Source: Candidatus Omnitrophota bacterium (lineage in GTDB: Bacteria; Omnitrophota; Gorgyraeia; Duberdicusellales; 4484-171). Taken from it: a DNA stretch of 48,346 nucleotides. Each line of letters starts with the position of its first letter. Position 1 is the stretch's first letter. The notes beneath the pieces are model-generated. The model did no database searches and was not told where the DNA came from. It saw only the letters and a program-made list of their open reading frames with translations. Both the position numbers and the translations under genes were made by a program. Where the stretch lies: NCBI GenBank assembly GCA_003565945.1, contig PXAH01000021.1, forward strand, positions 1 to 48,346, read 5' to 3'. Shown in pieces: positions 44,425 to 48,346 of the stretch.

Positions 44425-45257
44425 ATTTTTTTTAATTTATTTTTAACTTTGGTTATTGTGCTTTCGGGAGTTGATGCTCCGGCGGTTATCCCCACTGATT
44501 GGGCTCCTTTCAACCACTCTTTTTTCAGGCTATTTTCATCCTCGATCCAGTAGCTTTTTTTATTTATTCTTTTAGATATCCGAAAGAGCCTCTTGGTGTT
44601 TGCGCTTTTTTTGGAACCAATAATTAACATTATATCGTTTTGGCGGGGCATTTTTTTTATTTCATTTTGCTTTTGAAGGGTTGGTACGCAGATCGTATTG
44701 ATAAACCGTAAATTTTTTATGTATTTTTTTAATTTTTCTACTATTCGTTTTACGTCTTCGTTGTTCTGGGTAGATTGAGCCACTACCGTTGCTTTTTTTA
44801 TTTTTCTTATTTTTTCTTTTTCTAATTTTAAATTTGGATCCAGAACTGTTATTTTTTTTCTTATCTGGCCGGTTATTCCCTGGACTTCCTGATGTTTTTT
44901 GTCACCAATTACAATTATATCCCGGCCGAAACCACTTTCTCTTTTAACTATATTGTGGATTTCTTTGACCATCGGGCAGGTTGCGTCAATTATTTCGTAT
45001 CCCATTTTTTTTGCGTTTTGGTAGGTTGTCTGGCCTGATCCATGGGCTCGGATAATCAAGGCTTTATTTTTACCATCCTTAAGCCTATTTATTTTAGTGA
45101 TACCTAATTTTTTAATTTCGTTGACCACCTTCCCGTTGTGAACAATATCTCCCAGCATGCAGATTTTCCTTTTTTGCCCGGATGCCTCCCTGGCGATCAT
45201 TAGGGCACGTTTGACCCCAACACAAAAGCCGGCTGATTTAGCTAAATTTATTTTCAT
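44418..45257 (-). CDS. ispH: 4-hydroxy-3-methylbut-2-enyl diphosphate reductase
   Basis: MKINLAKSAGFCVGVKRA N-terminus, the ...DATCP.V.K.H... Cys motifs and a GASTPES end. The ATG at 45257 overlaps the upstream stop as ATGA. Confidence 0.9.
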   Translation of the reverse strand: MKINLAKSAGFCVGVKRALMIAREASGQKRKICMLGDIVHNGKVVNEIKKLGITKINRLKDGKNKALIIRAHGSGQTTYQNAKKMGYEIIDATCPMVKEIHNIVKRESGFGRDIIVIGDKKHQEVQGITGQIRKKITVLDPNLKLEKEKIRKIKKATVVAQSTQNNEDVKRIVEKLKKYIKNLRFINTICVPTLQKQNEIKKMPRQNDIMLIIGSKKSANTKRLFRISKRINKKSYWIEDENSLKKEWLKGAQSVGITAGASTPESTITKVKNKLKKIQ

Positions 45258-46123
45258 AGGTATTGGAAGCTCAATATTGTTTTTAAACAAATATAAACCT
45301 TATCAAGCGGGGATGTTTTAGCTCTTTTTGAAAAAACATTATATCTATTTTTTTCTATATCATCAAGAATAGCAGCGTAAATGTTTTTCATAAGCAATGT
45401 GGTTAGGCGGCAGGGAAGGGTACTGATCATTTTTATGCCCGGCTCAGATTTTTTGTAGTAATTACGTGCTCTTTCAATTTGAAATTTTAGAAGTTTAACA
45501 AATTGAGCATCGATAGTTTCGTTTTTAATTTCCTCAGAGGTGAGGTTAAATTTTTTTAGCTCATCCTGAGGTAGGTATACTCTTTGTCTACGGTAATCTT
45601 CTTTAATATCTCGCAAGATATTAGTCATTTGCATTGCAATTCCCAATGAAATAGCGTGTTTTTTTGCTTTTTCGCTTTTTGAACCAAAAAGCGAAAGCAT
45701 TATTAGCCCTACTACTCCGGCTGCCTTGTAGCAGTAGCTATAGAGTTGGGGCCAGTTTTGGTAGCTTTTTTTTTCCAAATCAGACTCCATAGCTTGTAGC
45801 AGCAAAGTAAAATATTTTTTTGGTATTTTATGTAGGTTAACCGACTCTTGGAAAGCTAAAAGAAGAGGGGCCAAATTGTAGTTATTGCCTGAGTAAGCCA
45901 GGTTTATATCTTTCTTTATTTTTTCAAGCTTAGCTTCTTTGTCTTTTTTACTTTGGTCTACCGCGTCGTCACTTATCCGACAGATAGCATAGATAGCGTA
46001 AGCGCTTTTTCTAAGCCGGGAACCGAGAAAAAAGGAAGCAAAATAAAAAGATTTAGCTTTTTTTTTAGTTATTTTTCTGGCCCTTTTAAAACCATCTTCT
46101 TTTTTTGACTTTTGCTTTATCAC
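45254..46123 (-). CDS. squalene/phytoene synthase family protein
   Basis: 289 aa, GTG start. SFYFASFFL....R.A.YAIYAICR.SDDAVD and NILRDI.ED.....YLP motifs. Confidence 0.85.
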   Translation of the reverse strand: MIKQKSKKEDGFKRARKITKKKAKSFYFASFFLGSRLRKSAYAIYAICRISDDAVDQSKKDKEAKLEKIKKDINLAYSGNNYNLAPLLLAFQESVNLHKIPKKYFTLLLQAMESDLEKKSYQNWPQLYSYCYKAAGVVGLIMLSLFGSKSEKAKKHAISLGIAMQMTNILRDIKEDYRRQRVYLPQDELKKFNLTSEEIKNETIDAQFVKLLKFQIERARNYYKKSEPGIKMISTLPCRLTTLLMKNIYAAILDDIEKNRYNVFSKRAKTSPLDKVYICLKTILSFQYL

Positions 46124-46182
46124 AAAGATTATTTTAAAATCAAAAGCTGAATACGCAAGCTTTTATTATCGTTGATTAAGTA

Positions 46183-46210
46183 TTGACCCAAAGTATTTTT
46201 GGTTTAAAAT
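46183..46210 (+). promoter_or_regulatory. candidate promoter TTGACC-N16-TAAAAT
   Basis: TTGACC at 46183-46188 and TAAAAT at 46205-46210. An ATG follows 5 nt later. Confidence 0.45.
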
Positions 46211-46215
46211 AAAGT

Positions 46216-46332
46216 ATGCTTGAATGCGCCTGGATTTTACTTTTACCTCTCTTTTTGTTCGTGACTCTAATTTTTCTTAGCGGGGCTTTAAGGATTGGTA
46301 TTTATCAGATAAAAAAAACAAGAAGGTGGTGA
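46216..46332 (+). CDS. possible 38-aa leaderless small membrane protein (unsupported beyond ORF and promoter geometry)
   Basis: My own translation: MLECAWILLLPLFLFVTLIFLSGALRIGIYQIKKTRRW*. One hydrophobic helix and a basic tail. The TGA at 46330-46332 lies 2 nt before the TPR gene ATG. Confidence 0.25.
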   Translation: MLECAWILLLPLFLFVTLIFLSGALRIGIYQIKKTRRW

Positions 46333-46334
46333 GG

Positions 46335-47207
46335 ATGTCTAAATTAGCATTTTTAGTTTTGTTATTTTTATTTGGAGCGGTTCCGGTTTTTGCTTTTGAT
46401 TGGCTAAGCTTGCATGAGACGGCTGCTAAATTAAATCCTCAAGATGCTAAGGTGCTTGCTGATGAAAAACCGGTTTCTATCTCCAATTTATACTTGTCAG
46501 CTCTGATTTATCTTGATGATTATCAAACCGATAAGGCCAAAAGCCTTTTTGAAGAGATTGTGAACTTAAGCCCGGATAACCCTTTCGCTCAATGGGGATT
46601 ACTTGAATGTAGGCGTAGAGAATATCAGTGTCAGGATTGTCAAAGTGAATTGGGCCGGATTATTAATAAAAATCAGGACTTTGCTCCTGCCTACATAACT
46701 TTGGCCTACCTTTACTATAAAGACATGGATTTTGATAAAACAGCTAAATTGACTCAACAGGTTATCAGAATGGGCCAAGAGAAAGTTGATTCGATTAATT
46801 ACGTAAGAGCACTTGGGCTTTTTGCCGGAGCTAAGGGGATGACCGCTCATTACGGAGGGCCCCTTTCTAAGCTGATAAACGGACGGCAGGTTATGCCTGC
46901 TATTCAAAGGGCTAAGCGGATTAATCCAGAATCAGTGGTTGTTTACTTTGGTTTAGGAAGTTATTACTTACTTTCTCCGCCACTTTTTGGGCGTGATTTT
47001 GATAAGGCGGAAAGCTATTTAAAAAAAGCAATAGAAGCTGATCCTAATTTTGCTGATATCTATGTCCGGCTTGCCCAAGTTTACCAGGTTAAGGGGGAAA
47101 AAGATAAATACGATAAGTATTTAACTAAAGCTTTGGAGTTAGATCCTCAAAATCATCTGGCCTTAGACATTAAGGAAGGTATTTGCAATTTTATTTGTGT
47201 TGACTAA
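46335..47207 (+). CDS. secreted TPR repeat protein
   Basis: MSKLAFLVLLFLFGAVPVFAF signal peptide, with TPR units near the C-terminus (AE.YLKKAIE.DPNFA..Y..LA.VY...GE.DK...YL.KALELDP). ATG at 46335 follows GGTGGTGAGG. Confidence 0.7.
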   Translation: MSKLAFLVLLFLFGAVPVFAFDWLSLHETAAKLNPQDAKVLADEKPVSISNLYLSALIYLDDYQTDKAKSLFEEIVNLSPDNPFAQWGLLECRRREYQCQDCQSELGRIINKNQDFAPAYITLAYLYYKDMDFDKTAKLTQQVIRMGQEKVDSINYVRALGLFAGAKGMTAHYGGPLSKLINGRQVMPAIQRAKRINPESVVVYFGLGSYYLLSPPLFGRDFDKAESYLKKAIEADPNFADIYVRLAQVYQVKGEKDKYDKYLTKALELDPQNHLALDIKEGICNFICVD

Positions 47208-48255
47208 AAGAGGTGGTCGTCTCAAAAAAAGGCAGAAGGTTATCAGCTAAAGCCTTTTTGTATTCTTTCTTCATAGCCAATGAATCAAGTATTGACTGGC
47301 TTTGTTTGAGCAGCTTTGCTATTTCTTTTTGAGAAGCACATAAAGCTTTTGATTTTAAAATAATTTTTCGCATCGATAATAAATCTTTATGGCCGGCCTT
47401 TTCTTTTTTAAAAAGTTGCTTTATTTTTTTTCTGTTTTCTTCCGGGCTATTTTTGTAGGCGTAATAGATAAGTAAAGTTTTTTTTGCTTCCCGCAAATCA
47501 GAGAGGGAGGATTTACCTGTTATTTTTTCAGGGTAAAACATTCCTAAAATATCATCATTTATTTGGAAGGCGCGGCCAAGGCAAAGGCCGTATTCATTTA
47601 TCTTACCTATTTCTTTTTTTCCGGCTCCAGCCAATATAGCTCCGGTTGCCAGTGGGGCGGAGAAGGTATAAAAGGCAGTTTTATAGTCATAGACTTTATA
47701 AATTTGCTTTTTAGTAATTTTTTCTATATCTTTTAATCCGTCAATCAACTCTATAAACTCACCTAACCCGGTAAAGGCAGCCGCTTTGGTAATCATACGC
47801 AGGGCTTTTTCTTTTAAGTTCAGTTTTTCTTTTATTGCTAAAAAAGCATCTATTGCCAGGGCATAAATTACGTCACCGGCTATAATTGCTAAATCATTTC
47901 CATTAAATTTTGCTTTAGTTTCTTTTTTTAAAGAGTTATTGAATGCTGCATGCAAAGATGGTTTTCCTCTTCGGGTGAGAGACTTATCGATTACGTCATC
48001 ATGAATTAACATGAAATCATGCAGAAGTTCAAAAGATAAAGCGCTCTGATAGAGTCCGGGCGCGGACTTTCCAGAATAACCTTTGTATCCGATCACAAAA
48101 AGAATTGGGCGTATTCTTTTTCCCGGCCTGAGAATAAAGTCCGTAATTTGGCTAAAAAGAAGAGGTGAGGTAGAGGATAAAGGATAATTTTTATTAGTTT
48201 GGTCAAGAAAGGAAAAAAGATTTTTCTCAATTTTCTTTTTTATTTGGGAAAACAT
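47191..48255 (-). CDS. polyprenyl diphosphate synthase (FPP/GGPP synthase family)
   Basis: LIHDDVID (first DDxxD) and FQINDDILG (second). ATG at 48255 preferred. Its 3' end overlaps the convergent TPR gene by 17 nt. Confidence 0.85.
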   Translation of the reverse strand: MFSQIKKKIEKNLFSFLDQTNKNYPLSSTSPLLFSQITDFILRPGKRIRPILFVIGYKGYSGKSAPGLYQSALSFELLHDFMLIHDDVIDKSLTRRGKPSLHAAFNNSLKKETKAKFNGNDLAIIAGDVIYALAIDAFLAIKEKLNLKEKALRMITKAAAFTGLGEFIELIDGLKDIEKITKKQIYKVYDYKTAFYTFSAPLATGAILAGAGKKEIGKINEYGLCLGRAFQINDDILGMFYPEKITGKSSLSDLREAKKTLLIYYAYKNSPEENRKKIKQLFKKEKAGHKDLLSMRKIILKSKALCASQKEIAKLLKQSQSILDSLAMKKEYKKALADNLLPFFETTTSFSQHK

Positions 48256-48318
48256 TGTTTTATGATAACATATAAGCCGGATAAGGCAATAGGTAAGCTG
48301 TGATGATGATAGATGAGC

Positions 48319-48346
48319 AATCAACGAATTTACGAATCCCTACGAA
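48319..48346. repeat. second copy of the TACGAAT-type array, truncated by the window end
   Basis: The reverse complement of 48320-48346, TTCGTAGGGATTCGTAAATTCGTTGAT, is 26/27 identical to 40000-40026. The + strand of 48319-48338 is 19/20 identical to 39941-39960. Confidence 0.93.

Overview
AT-rich bacterial chromosomal segment, apparently from a diderm (BamD-, LptE- and LpxL-like genes are present). The lineage cannot be assigned from sequence alone. It carries about 50 tightly packed, mostly + strand genes, mainly housekeeping: nfo (fragment), leuS, comEA, comEC, bamD-like, lptE-like, holA-like, rpsT, murJ, uvrC, an MGMT domain, pilT, prfB, secA, an HD-GYP pair, an envelope glycolipid cluster, pcm, DUF368, gdhA, PilZ, arfB-like, nitroreductase, HIT, YkgJ, carB, DUF1846, greA, U32, a Zn-peptidase/ATP-grasp/AMMECR1 group, patatin, a BI-1-like protein, macro, NYN, fusA, fbaB, ferredoxin, ispH, a squalene/phytoene-synthase-like gene and a polyprenyl synthase. 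I recognised no rRNA, tRNA, CRISPR array, transposase or integrase. No obvious new protein machine is present; the unusual content is mostly non-coding. (1) Short-period (7-14 bp) repeat arrays, often closed by inverted copies, sit directly upstream of genes that lack a Shine-Dalgarno: GTTCRAY x8 before patatin, TACGAAT/ATTCGTA before fusA with a 26/27-identical second copy at the window edge, and paired TAGGACGTCTA modules before arfB. (2) A 31-nt block (29/31 identical) plus a shared GGRGGTAGTAA ribosome-binding block precedes two nucleotide hydrolase genes, HIT and macro. (3) Many genes have a -10-like hexamer only 5-12 nt from the start codon and no SD, which suggests leaderless or near-leaderless mRNAs. 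The most interesting coding contexts are a Zn-metallopeptidase / Ddl-like ATP-grasp / stand-alone EF-Tu-domain-2-like barrel / AMMECR1 group, a secA-linked pair of proteins sharing an N-terminal module (one HEAT-like, one HD-GYP), a macro-NYN pair, and carB overlapping a DUF1846 gene. All functional calls rest on my own reading of the translations, with no database search.
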